From Marsupella aquatica (taxonomy: Eukaryota > Plantae > Marchantiophyta): a stretch of DNA of 64,000 bases. Below the pieces are notes generated by a model, which worked only from the letters and a program-made list of their open reading frames with translations, searched no databases and was not told the DNA's origin. The position numbers were made by a program, and so were the translations under genes. Below are positions 23,201 through 36,181 of this stretch, piece by piece. Location of the stretch: positions 3,628,211 through 3,692,210 of the forward strand of contig OZ316897.1 in NCBI GenBank assembly GCA_973895155.1, read 5' to 3'. Every line of letters begins with the position of its first letter. Position 1 is the stretch's first letter.

Positions 23201-26200
23201 TGTACCAAAATGATTGTAAAGTTGCGTAAGACTAGTGATCCTTGCAATGTCCCATCAGAAGTTGTGCTCTGAACCCCTATAAATGCACATGCAGGTCAAT
23301 TGATGTCATTGTTCTCGGCCCAGTTTGTAAGCTGAGGAAAATTTTCACAATGAGATGCCGCATCATAGAGACAAATCAAAGGGGGTACTTGGAGGACATA
23401 AGTGAGGAGGCTGAGAACTCCCTGCCACAAGAGCACACTTATGCCTTGGGTGTGGACACTTGCATTCAGACATTGGATATGGTGTCTCTTCAATCAGCAC
23501 TGGATTGCAACAATGAGTCACAGCAAGACCAAGGTATGCTGATTATATCCATGTCTAATTTTCCAGGAAATGAGTGTAAGTCTAAGCATTTAATGAAAGG
23601 ATAGGTCAGGTCCATGTAAGTGGACAAATGATATATATCCAACCCATCATGAGAACATCAGTGCTTCTAATTGTGTTCAGTGTCCTCCATGAAGTCAAAA
23701 ATATAATTGGTATGTCTAAGTAAGATTTCAAGTGAGCCTACTCCATTACTTGAATGCTAACTCACCAGAGGTTTAAGCTTAAGTTGGAGACCTCCCAAGT
23801 TTGAATCTTTGTGATCATTCTCATGGGGCTCAAAGCCATGGATCCCATGCTCTTGTCAACAAAACTTAACACCAAACCAAGTGTGCATTTCAAGTAGAGA
23901 TAAGACACAACTGAGTGAGTTCAATTTGATCAACGGTCTAGGTCTGGTGAACTGTAGGCAAATTATACAAATGAGTTGAGATGATGACTGTATTATACAA
24001 AGATATGCTTATGCTAGGGGATTTAAGATTCATACTTTAGGATAATGCCAAACCTCAAGCCTAACTTTGGTTGTAGTATAGTTGCAAGGTGTAGCCTTCC
24101 TAGGGGTCTCCTTCCCATGGTATTTTTAATTAGACCATTTTAGCACTTTTTGGGTGTCTTGAAGTGCCTTCTGTTAGTTATTGCGTACTTGCTCAATACC
24201 AGTGCGTTGCACAAAAGCAGTCATGTTGGCCAAGATGTCGGGCTAAGTAACCAGACAAACATCATAGAATAGATTAATTTTGGGTACATAATTGTATGTT
24301 GTTCAAGCTGATAAAATAATGTTCATTTGTTGTTGGCCTGCTGTGGATGCCAGATTCAAGACTCGGGCTGGAGCCTGGTCTGAGTGCTCGGAAGGCTGGA
24401 GTAAAGCAGCAGCCAGGGAAGGCAATGGAGACCATCAAAGCTGTCCATGTTGCATTTGGGACAAGAATGCCGCTGCCATTGTCAACTGTCCACATCAACA
24501 CCAATCTCCCCCATGACAAATGCCAAATGCTAGTGAAGGATTGCATTGGCAAAGTTAACTTCATTAGTGATCCAACAGGAGCAGGAATTGGAGGAGGAGA
24601 AACAAACAAGCCTCCAAGCAACATGATTTCCCGGGCACTAGGTGTGGCATCTCTGGACCGAGATAGAAGGAACAATTTGGATTACTCAGGGGAATCCAAG
24701 TTGCTGTTGAGAACCAACAGGATAACTCATTTGGCTGTTGATGAGAAAGACCAAGTGACAAACACTTCACATATCATTAAAATTGATGGCAGCAGTGGTG
24801 GTGGTAATGGTGATGGACCTCATGTGGTGGTCCCAGAAGACTGTCCAATTCCTGCACATGGTCAAGAACCTGGATGCTCAGAATCTCCAAAAACTGGTTC
24901 ACATCAGCATATGAGCACCAACGCTGAGTGCAATGCAGGAGGGGGAGTGATTGACAATATTACTCCAACTACTGCAATAAATAGGAGTCCCAGTAAATGG
25001 GCTCCCAAAAAAAAGGAAGTGCAAATTTCCACAAACTTGAGACAACAAAAAACAAAGGAACAAAGAAATAAAGAGTACAAACACTCACGATATATGGATT
25101 CGCCTCCCGGAAGCCCCCCAAGGGGATGGGATACTATGACTGGTGGTGGAAGAACTCTATCTGGAGATATAGCTTTCCATGATCACTTCCTGGATGGATC
25201 ATGGATGAACAGCCAACTTAGTGAATCCATAGATGCAGGTAACAAACCTTATTGCCTCGCCAACAGCCTCAAAGAAAAAATCTTATCCTCTATGCCTCAC
25301 TCTCTCTCTACAAGACTTGATGAAGAGGCAATGATGATGACTGACACCATCAATCATAGAGACAAGTCATCAATCACTTTGATCAAAGGTCAACACCAGG
25401 ATCAAATATATCAAAGTACTGAGTGGACAACTCCTTTGGTCTGGGATGGATTTTCTTCTCCAAGATTGAATTGTGTCAATAGAGGCAGGTTTGAAACTGA
25501 TGAGGGTCAATTTTATTGCGAGGATTCTGAAGCCATCAATACAAATGGTGGTGACTTTTATAGTGAAGGGCAGCAGAGCTGGTCCTCGGGAAGTTCAAGT
25601 GTTCCGGGTGATGCATTACGTGAATTACCATCCTTCCTTTCAAGAGGAACCACTGGTGATGTTGCTGCAGCTCAGAAGCTTGGAGTGATAGGGACTCAGT
25701 CCTCAAAAGAGTCTGACCTTCAAAGTCGCTGGCCAACAAATTCACTTCTGGCCAAGGGTGACTGCAAATGATCTTGTTTTTGAATGAGTTGCCTCTTTGA
25801 GCAGCTGCTGTGGAAGGAGCTACAGCTCTTATTTGGAACTAATTTGAGCAACAGAATACTACTAGGTCTGCTAAAAAAAGATTCCAGGATTGTGGCTTGC
25901 TGACCTGATGTTAGGGAATGATGTTCACTAGATCTATTGTCATTATCCTAGTATTGCAAGTCTCTTTAGATTCCAAGTCCTACAATCCCAGTTTCAGGAT
26001 ATCTACATTTGTGTCAAGTGTCATTTGGCATGGCACTTGAGTAAAATTGTGATCTCTACATTTGGCTCACTTACATACCAATTTGTTTTAACTAGGATTC
26101 TTTTAATGCAGAGTCTGAGGTGAAGAGTCAACACGGGGATGATGAGTCGCTCATGTTTGATATACACGATGACCGTTTTTTCCCAGGGCATCCATCAGAT

Positions 26201-27299
26201 AAGAAAAAGGTATCAATTGTAACAAAAGCACTCCAATTGTTCTCCAGTAGCATAGATTGATCAGCACACACCCCTTTCTGATAGCTTGTAGTAAGGGAAG
26301 ATTGAATGAAGATATTTGAGATAGTAATTCAGTCTAAAATCTAACATTTTGAGACAAACCCAATCTGTTCTCCTATTCAACCAAAATACTAATTCATTTG
26401 CAAAATGTTTGTTCAGGACGTAAACGGGCTTGACCACTCTCATTCAATGACAGACAGCTTTTTCTCCACCATTCAGGCAAAGGGGGTTGAAAATTCCTTT
26501 GATTCGGATCTAGAGGCAAACACTGGTGGAGAACTAGAATCCCCGTGTCACAAAACAAGCAGGTGTGTGCAGGACTTTTCCTATAATTTGTTTGCATCTC
26601 AACTGGCAAGTACTCATCATGTAGGCAAGTTCCTTATGAAAGGAAATGATGCTTTACTCCATTGAGGAAACTTGGACTCAGGTCAAGAACCAAATGTCTG
26701 CTACTATGATCTATTTGACAGATCTGTTCATTAAAATGAACACTGATTAACTGACAACAAGTCTATTTGATATATGATATAATTATTCATTGTACTACAT
26801 GATCTACCATGCCTTGCAGTGATTTCAGCAGGTTGGCAATGGATCCAGTCCAAAGTGTTATGAATAGTGATATATTGTTGTCTTCCTGGCAAGTACCTGA
26901 CTTGGACGAACAACATTCTTGCCACATTTCATCAGGAGTAATCCAACAACTAGCAGATCAGGAGCAAGAAGGTTGGCCAAAAATGACTTCCACTAATTTG
27001 CCTGCAAAATTCTTGTTTTGATTAGTGTGTTGAATGGATTTATTGAACATTCAATTGTTATTGGTTTTGATGAAGATTTATGATGTAAAATTTTGCAGAA
27101 GGGTCCTCCGATTGATGAAGCCATGTTTGGTACGGAGTTACCAACTTGTGATCTATACTGATTATTACCAATTTCAATGTGCTCTGTAGGTCTGATCAAA
27201 ACTTCGGGTAGACCTGATGAAGATTTGGATCTGTTGTACGACCCCACCTTGGATTGCTACTATGACCCCAAAACAAATCGATACTATGAATTGAAGTGA
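20204..27299 (+). CDS. CFAP20DC: CFAP20-domain-containing protein (C3orf67/CFAP20DC orthologue), 12-13 exons
   Basis: Phase-consistent GT-AG exons: 20204-20287, 21081-21131, 21319-21409, 21685-21760, 21922-22021, 22848-22936, 23295-23533, 24354-25757, 26112-26209, 26417-26562, ~26820-26970 (borders uncertain), possibly 27099-27129, and 27190-27299. The N-terminus encodes a DUF667/CFAP20 domain (AIFSAQG, VKGYVYSL, KLQLPKD, PFLVLQVFVP, RRKMYFST, TPLHCQIP, CKLRKIFTM). The C-terminus is the family signature LLYDPTLDCYYDPKTNRYYELK*. Confidence 0.85.
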
Positions 27300-30200
27300 C
27301 CTATATCCTTGGTTGCTGAAGGTTGATTCCATTGACAAGGCTACGGAGGGTACTGGAGAATATCTTCCTTTCTTAACAATGGACCAGTTTGAGTGAGGCC
27401 CTTGTGACATCCATCTATGTGGTGCCCTTCTAGTGATTCCAGACATGAAATGCACTAAAGAAAATGTGAAGGGAACAACCTTTTGTACTTAAGGACTTTC
27501 TAGAAGGATGATACTTTCAATTCCATTCCAGTTGAGACATTCCTGAGCTGGTAGGCATTGGTTACCTTTACTCCTTAAGGTGATGTACCTGCCGAGAAGG
27601 TGAAGGAAATTTTGACTGCAAATTGTTTTGTCCAAATGAAGGTAATTAATTGATGGCAAATTTCCCATATATAGACTAGAGAAAGGATCAAAACTGTATT
27701 GAGTTATGCACAATGTATGAGTAGTCATAAATGGGACCTCAATCCATTGAGTGGAGTGTCTTCAATTGGAAGATTTTGTTTCAGCTCATGTGATTGAGAA
27801 GGATGGTTTCATAACTTGAGTTACTTTGACTAGCTTATTTAGCAGTCCATGTCACTCTTTACAATGTACCGAATACTGATTTGTCACCATTGAACAACAA
27901 TTCCCATGTAAGAGCACTCTTTAGAATGGGACATTTTGCTGATGCCATATTTGATCAAAATTTGGGGACAAGAGCATGATTCGAACAACCTATTTTTCAT
28001 CCTTATGCAGTAATTATGTATAACTACAAAAGCAATGGTTGTACAATCAAAATTCTTCTCTTTGTATATTTTATGTACGTGTATGAGGAAACCTTAATTT
28101 TTTTTTGGTGAATAGATTAGCCATGTCATGCAATCGTGCTCTTTAAATGCTACAAGAGTAATGCTCTTACAGAAAAATATAGAACCAGATCAATGCTTGT
28201 CCATTGCACAAAGTGTTGTCGTTAAGGTCGCAAAGGTTGCAAAGGATGTTTTGGAAAGAAAACAGGCACTAAAGTTAGGCAAGTGGAATGATGATGTACG
28301 ATGGTCGACACAAAAAGATGAGGTGAAGGCCTTGTTGCTAGTGCTGAATATGGCTAAAGAGCAAAATAAGACAAGGACAAAAATTCTCTACTATTTGTCC
28401 AAACTACAGTAATGTTCCATATATTACAGAGTTTGACAAGATTTATATGGAATGTTGAACCTTGTATAGATCATATCCTGTTCTCCAATTATATTTTTCT
28501 TTGGAGTAAAGGACAGACACTCATTAACAAGAACCCACTCTCCTCAATAGCTTGACTACATGACGAACTTGAACCTGAAAGTAGTCAAACCGTCAAGCAT
28601 ACCATTACTCCGGAATACTGGTTTTCAGTTTACCCACATGAAAGTTTCCAAGTGTTAAGTGAAATATAATATTTGACCATCTTTGTGTTCATCGGTAATA
28701 GAGCAAATGATCTCAAAAAAGTTTCAAACTTTTTCAAGCAATACATTGGACATCAGAGACCACCTTGGAAACATTTCACCTCAAACAGAGGTCCTTAAAA
28801 CAACTGGCACATCTGCCAAATTGAAAGGTAAGATTAGGTCACAAACAGTACTCCCGGACTTTGACGACTTTGTCGAGTGAGTCGTCACATGCGGTTTGAA
28901 AATGCGCTATGTACTTGTGAAGTTTGTGACCACTCAAACAATTTTCTTAAGCAGCGGATTGTGATGTAGGAGCAATAGAGTGGTGCATATGTTTTCTATC
29001 GCACCTTTCATCTCAGTGATCCATTTTGCTTGCAGCTTTCAGTTTGGCTGATATTTGTAGCTTCAAAGAGACAAGAAAGCTTCATTCTTCTCCAAGCAAC
29101 ATTGTTGAGCCCGGGGTTGAGCCATTCAGACAACATTACACTAAACACGAGATTTCCAAAAATGTGATTTGATGTCTTAATTACTTTCTCCACAGGGTCA
29201 GTTGTCAACTGCAATATGCAACTGTTTTTGTTTTCTTTTTTGGGTGTAAAATCAGTGATCATTTTACACAGTCCATGGGGATGGGCAGGACAATGTCTTG
29301 CTCCATCCGGGCTATAGATTCCTCATTACCTAAATTGCATTATTTGTGGGATCCCAAAACTGGTTACTTTCTCAGTGCATGTATCTCAAGGTAAGGTAGT
29401 CAGGAAAATAGTACGAACATCTTTCTACATATATCTATAATAACTAATCGCGATGAGAAGCTAGAGTTGGGGTCTAGGCTTCTAAATTGATGCCTCTAGA
29501 CCATGACTCTCAGGCCCCACAAAACTTTATGTGGATGGAAAGATAGACCGATGAAATATTATGTATGTCAAAATGATCATGATGATTTTGGTCATCATTT
29601 CTATTAACATTCAAAGAATGGGCATTTAGGCTCATATACAAAGAAGTAGAGGGATGGGATAGTAGAAAATACAGAAGAATATAAAATACAGAGGACATGA
29701 CAACCAGTCTTCTTGTGACCAACGAGCTATTTTGTCACATATGTGGTAGTGTTGGGTGTCCAAAGGTTATTTGTTTGTTGCACTCCCTAGTTCAAACATG
29801 GAGGTTCATGCAAGCATCAACTGAGTTCACTTCATGGCTAATTACATGATCAACGACAAAACAATACTTATAAAAAGTTTTGTTTATGATTTCATTGTCA
29901 ACTTTGCTTGAATAGCTCTTCACTACTTTGGATTTTCCCTCCTGTACTAGGGTTTTTCTCCCCTCTTTTAAGCTCTGCCTGTTGTTATAGACCGTGGGGC
30001 CATCCACTCTCCCCCCCTAGAAAAAAGGGTAAAAAAAGGAAAAACAAGAAAGAATAAAAGGACTATGTTATTTTATACAAACCAGGTGAAGATTGTTAGT
30101 TTCTTCCTTCATTTTCTGTTTCTGGGTTAGATTTCAGGGGTTTTGCTATAGGGTTGGCATTGTGAAGGTGTGCATTAGGGTTGGTTTTGTCCTATTTCTG

Positions 30201-31029
30201 TTTCATAAGCTTTATATGGCTGGAACACTGTCAAGTATGTTACACTTGCTTGTTTGGGGTTCTCCCTCAATCTTATGTTCCCTCTTTGGGCGCTGCAACT
30301 TGAATTGGCAGTTGGTTTGGGTTGTCTGGGCTTAGTTTTCTTGTGCCCCACTGATGTTCACTGCCGCCCGCTTAATAAATTTGGTGCACAAGGTTTTGCC
30401 CTGTTTTAAGTGATTGGGGGCTTTGTTTCCTCTTTGCTCAACAAAAGAAGAAGCAAAAGAAGAAGAGCCACATAGTGAATGGGATCCCTCTAGACCTTTG
30501 AAATTGGATGAGATCTCAAAATGTTGAGCAAAGATGATGTTCACGCCCATGAACCATCCAACGCACAAGTAGTTGACACAAAAAGAGATACATTGCTCAA
30601 CTTTGCGTGAGGCTACGTCGGGAACTATGTCCACGGGAACACAAGAATTTTACTACATCTAGGCCAGTCAGCCATACTGAGTCTCCACAATACAAGGTCT
30701 CCCTATCTCTTGACTGGCTCCGTAACAATGAGCCTGAGGTCTTACTATCCAAGCAAACACCGCTTGGGATATAGTGTGTAGCCTAGTTAACCACCTAGTC
30801 TGTGACTAAGGTTACAAGCCTTAACTACGGTCACAATCATAACTCTAGACTAAGTGTAAGTGCCTAACACAAAATGCTCTTTGTACACAAGTACATGCAG
30901 AGGATTGTAGAAAAGATAGAATAGACTCTTGAGTCTCCTTGTGATCAAAGAGTCATTTGGTAGTGGACCTGGTTTACTCTACATCAATGCTGTATATCCT
31001 AGGGAAAGTGCATGTTTGAATATATCTTC

Positions 31030-34000
31030 GGCTTTTTATTGTTTGTTTTGTTTGGATTTATTTTAATAAAAATAACAAGCTTTATAAAATACTCAACACG
31101 ACAGCAAAGGGACAGAACCACCCAAGCCACAGCCAAAAAGACCAGAAACCACCACCCAAAAACCACCCAGAGCCCCAAAACGGCACAAGGGGGGCAAACC
31201 AAAGCTACAACCAACCACAAAAGCAAGCAGAGGACCAAATGAAAGAGAAGGGGGAGTGCACCCTTCAACTACCTCTCTCAATCCTCCTACCATTCGCCAT
31301 ACTACCCTGCCTACCACTATAAGACCCTTCAATGGCACTATGCCCGCGGTGCTTGACATGGATCTTGTTCTCCCAATGATACTGGGTCTCCAGATGACCT
31401 TGTCAAGCCTCTTATCCTTAGAATTTGGGTGAGAATACATGAGTTTGTACGTGCTCCAGAGCCTGGTAAGGGTCAATTGGGTGCATAGTGACCCTGGGGG
31501 AAACGTTCTCCTGCCCTGTCGTTACAAAGGATTCAGTCATTGTCATTTTGTGTCATCGAACCCGAGACCTCAAGATTGGCCCACGGCCACAGGATGAGTT
31601 CAAGTTCATTTAGAGTCTTCTAAAGTTGTCTGGTTTTCCTAGCGGAGTTACCGGCACTCAACATTGCTTTGAGGTGTTCCTCACTAGTTTTAAGCCCTTG
31701 GGCCCCAGCCTTTGTAAACTAAAGAGGTATACGTGCGTACACCCCCTTCCCTAGTACCCCTTATTATTTTTGGAAGCCTATAAAAACTTCTCTTGTTATT
31801 CTTAAAAACTTAATTTTGGAGAATAAATCTGCCCCTTTGAGATATTATAATTTCACATTTTACACCATTTATATAAGCCTTGAAAAGTTATAAATTCATC
31901 ATATGCAAACGGTTCTAAAATTGGCGGGAGTGTTTTGGAAGGGTTTTGGGTACATACATTTTTGTGTTCGTGACCCTTTAACCCCAAACTTCAACTTTGG
32001 GGCATTTCTGAACCACAGGGCAGGGTAGTTAGGGTTCAAAGCTCCAAAGTCCTAAACTACTCTGAATCATAGATGTTGCAAGCATAATTATATGTCATAT
32101 ACACATGTTCCAATAAAGGGTGGCCACAAGGACCAATCCTATTGTGACGCGTGTCACATCCATATTACATCACCTCTTGAAGCATATTAACTTGGGCGAC
32201 ATTTATATAAGCCTATATTAGTTAGAAAGGTTTCTTTGAATAAAACCATCCCTTGATATTTCTAAGCCAATTATAAAAATTAATCTCAAATCAGATTTTT
32301 TGCACCCTTCATCCGTTCGCACATCCAGCCCATTATTAATAATGTTGGGGCCCGGGGGTTTTAAGATTCACCCAAGAGGGAAGACGACCAAGGAAATGAG
32401 CGTACACATTTGCGTTCTGATTGTTCCAAGTGGTATTGCATAATTTAGTAAGGAGGATCAAGGGGCCTGGATTCCATTTTTGTTGTTTGAGGGGAGTCAA
32501 AATAGTTTCAAAGAGATTATCATTAAGGTGGGCCAGGCTGGGAGAGTTCCGTGTAAGCGTTAAAATTTCCCTCTATCTCGGCCTAACCTTATCTAAACTA
32601 TGAAATAAGTGCTCAGTGTTTTCAAAGCCAAGGTTGCATCGTTCGCAAATCCCAGTGCCAACTCCCCATCTGCTAGCTCTGCCATTCGTGAAGAAGCCAT
32701 GCTGAAGCATCCTCCAGATGAACAATCTGACCTTTGGGAAAGCCCAACCTCCCCACACTTTCCTCCAATCCGTCTGTGAAGTCCTCTGTGTCCACCTTCT
32801 GTCAAGTTTGAACAAATCTAAATCCAGCAAAATCGTTGGAGTGGTCCAAACCTTGTTGGGGTGGATCCAGCCACGGCTGTTTTTGTGCCATTCCCACTTC
32901 CAGCTGGAGCACTGGTGAAGAGCCAAACCACCATGAAGCTTACTCTTGGAGATAGAGTCATGGAATCTGCTGAATTCTTCAACTCCTGTGTCTGGTGCTA
33001 CAAATTTGGTTGTTTAGTTGCTCATTCTCAATCGAGTGGTTGTTGTCGTCTCTTAAGTCAGTGATTGACTTGATTCTCCAGTTGGCTAGATATCTCCAAA
33101 GATTGACATGTTGCTTGTTGCTCCATTGAGATATCCTTGTCTTTGAGGTAAAGTAACAAAGTTTGTATGATGCTTAGATGCATCGGGAGCTGGCTCCCTT
33201 CAAACTGGAAACAAAGTCTGGCAATTTGCACTTGCCAACTATGAAATAGTGCCGGGACAGTAGGTGACCCCCTGATAGTAAGATCTGGGTCCAGGATCTA
33301 TGTTCTTTCTTGTTTGGGCCGGTTTTCATGCATCTGTTGATAATCTTGTTGGCCATCTGAATCCATTCTTTGGTCCCTCCCTCAATCATTTTTAGTCACA
33401 TGCCTCATCTTCAATGTTTCTACCCATTTCGCAAAGGGCGTAAAACCAAGACCACCATTTGCTTTGGTTTTAGTGACCTCGCTCTAGGCAATAAGCGGTT
33501 TTCCAGAAACCTCCAAGATGGCTGTGTCCCCACAAAAAGTGTTTGCATACTTTTTCAAGTTCATTGAAACCCGTTTTGTAGAGATCAAGAACCATGAAAT
33601 GGTAAGTAGGTATTGCCTTCAAAACGTGCTTGAGCAAGATCACTCTGCCCGCTAAAGTAAGGCTACAATTTGCCCAAGTATTCAGCCGCTTGCGGACCTT
33701 GTCTATCAAGAAATTGGCCTCTTGTGATTGTCGTATCTTATATCTGACCGGACAGCCGAGGTACTCACAGATTTTGCCCTTCCTAGCCACTTTGCAACAC
33801 GTTTCATTCAGCCAGGCTGGGTAGATGTTGTTGCTGAGGAAAATTGTTATGATCTGGGATTTGGTAACATTAAGGATAGCTCCAAAGATGTTTTCAAACC
33901 TCCGGATCGTGGCTGCCATGGCAAATTCCCCTTCAGTGGCTTCCAAGAACAATCTTGTGTCGTCCACGAATAGCTGGTGGCATAAACTTCTCCCGTCTTC

Positions 34001-34580
34001 CAGTTTCATTCCTTGAATGTTCCCCTCAAGGGTTTGTTGCTTGAGGAGAGGCATCGGAGGTTGAGTAGTGAGTGTGAAAAGAACGTTGGAAAGTGGGCAG
34101 CCTTGTCGGACTCCTATGTTTAGCTCAAAGGGCTCAGTGAACCGCCTGTTGATGTGAACTTTTGATTGCGCCCTCGTGACCAGCCCTTTCACCATCAGAA
34201 TGGACTTCACCCCAAAATTCATGGCCCTCATCACTGCCCAAATGAACTCGTGTGACACTCTGTCGTAAGCCTTCATAAAATCCAGCTTAAGGAAGATCAA
34301 TTGACATTTGTTCACTGGTGCCTGCTCCTGAGCAAGCCGAAAGGAGAGAAGGTTGAATGTCCATGATGTCACATCCTTGGAGAAATCCGGATTGTTGAAT
34401 GTCAACCAATCTGTTGGCAACCTTCTTGATTCTGTTCACTAATAGTTTTGCCACAATCTTCTCCGTGAGAGTAAGCATGGTGAGGGGTCTCCAATTACAA
34501 AGTTTTAGGAAATCATGATTTTTGGGGATGAGCTTAATGACCCTTGCAAGAGCTTTAATAGTCATCGCTCCGTCACTCCA
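31030..34580 (-). mobile_element. Degenerate, 5'-truncated L1-type non-LTR retrotransposon (LINE)
   Basis: RT motifs NWRPLTML, LKLDFMKAYDRVSH, GVRQGCPLS, LFVDDT and YLGCP; zf-RVT-like KVRLFIWR...CERCNLGFENTEHLF; frameshifts and stops; a GT-rich 3' UTR (31090-31300) and a decayed poly(A) tail (~31030-31075). Confidence 0.92.
31695..32357. mobile_element. Non-autonomous TIR DNA transposon nested inside the LINE
   Basis: The direct repeat GTTTTAAG (containing TTAA) lies at 31687-31694 and 32358-32365. Termini CCCTTGGGCCCCA and TGGGGCCCGGGG are imperfectly inverted. Removing the insert restores the LINE reading frame (...GRLPSWVNLKTSEEHLKAML...). Confidence 0.8.
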
Positions 34581-36181
34581 TATATATCTCTTATAAGCTT
34601 ATGAATCCTATATGAGCAAAGAGCTCTGTAGTCATGGACCTGGTTTACTCTAAATCAATGTTAACCTAGTGAAAAGGTATATTTGAATAGATAACATGCA
34701 AGCTTAGAAATTCTATGAGCAAAAACTTTGGGTTGAAGATCATTCCAACTTCTAACTCAAGATAAGGTCTTTTGTTTTTATTTCTGAAAGAATGCAATAC
34801 TTGGAAGCCACACTTATGTTGATGGGATGCCCGGATGGTCACTAAAGGCCTGATGGACACAAAACAAGCACTTAAAATTTACTTGCATCTAGCACATTTT
34901 ACACTCCATTTCCAAATATGACATGTAAACATGCACTTTACCAGTAATAGAAGGTTTTAGGTGGAATTCTTGTGTAGTCTGTCCATGTTGTGACCTCCAT
35001 TCTCATCCAACCCAAGGAGTTGGGTTCCCTTGGTTGCCATAATTAATGTGTATTTATCCCTTTATACTTCCATATCATGACACTATGAGCCCAATGCTTG
35101 TGCGTTGCATGCTTAGTGAGGGTGAGGCATGGAGGGTGAGCGAGAGGGTGAGGCGGGGATGGCAAGGCAAGGTGAGGCACAAACAGCAAGAGGTGCTGCC
35201 CACCTTACCATCAAGGTGAGCAAAAGGGTGAGGCACAGACAAGAAGACGGAGCGTGCGGGGTAAGTTGATTCTATCTTTTGAAGCTACTTTAGGCTGATC
35301 TCGGTTGGAGAAATCCTGTTCAATCTCCTAGAAATAGCTGCTTCCGCTCGAGTATTTTTTCCTACCCAGATGGTACATCATAAGCAGATAATAGGCCAGA
35401 ACGAGTGGGATTGCCTATTGTGGTTACTATATTATAGTGTGTACTGTACCATATATTATATTACTACGAGCCCTATGCCCGTGCATTGCACTGTGCAAGG
35501 AGGGCTGGCCCATAATGGAGGGAGCATTTGCAAGGGGGGATTGTCCATATAATGAAGGGAGGGAGGGAATTGCTAAGGTCGAGGGGATTCACGTGGGAGT
35601 GAATGATGAGGCACAGAGGGGAGGGGGAATGATGAGGCATCGTTATCCCCTCATTGATGGCGACGCGATGGTCCGGCGCGAGGCACGTATTTGCGAGGCA
35701 GGCATAGAGGGACCGGATGGTATTGTCGGTAGTGGAAGTACTCGCAAGTGAATCAAACGGATACGATAAATCCACTCAAATATCTAACGACCAGTTTAGA
35801 TTCCTGCGTATATTGGATTTTGTAATGGGACTAAGGACAAAAATGAAAGGATTGCCTATTATAGTTGTATATGTAGGTATAGGTAAGGTATAGTAAACGT
35901 CCGGGAAGTATTGGGACACTGTAAAGTTTATGTGTCGTTACGAGTAAAGTGTCAAAGCTCGTGTCAGGGAAAGTATTATCACATTCGGCAGATCGTAGCC
36001 GTCGGCGTTAGGGTTAGGAGTCCCGTGTCGTTCCCCTTTTGGTGCGAAACTCTGCGCGAAGGTTTTCCTTTCGAAGCTCTCGCTCTCTCGAAGAACAGGA
36101 GGAGGAGAGGAGCGCAATCACGAGAAGCAGTCGAATTGCCGAGCACAATCTGCCGTGGTCTGCAGTTGATGTGATTATACC

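Noticed and set aside
25805-25865. Extra CFAP20DC exon after exon 8
   Set aside because: It would need a 47-nt intron and introduces an in-frame stop. Direct splicing from 25757 to 26112 keeps the frame.
28100-29270. Short ORFs that might be a pseudogene
   Set aside because: No recognisable motif or coherent exon chain in any frame I read.
35100-35880. Possible LTR element or gene upstream of RPL13 (GGTGAGGC repeats, GGGATTGCCTATT twice, ~100-aa ORFs)
   Set aside because: No TG...CA LTR pair, primer-binding site, polypurine tract or retroelement protein motif could be established.
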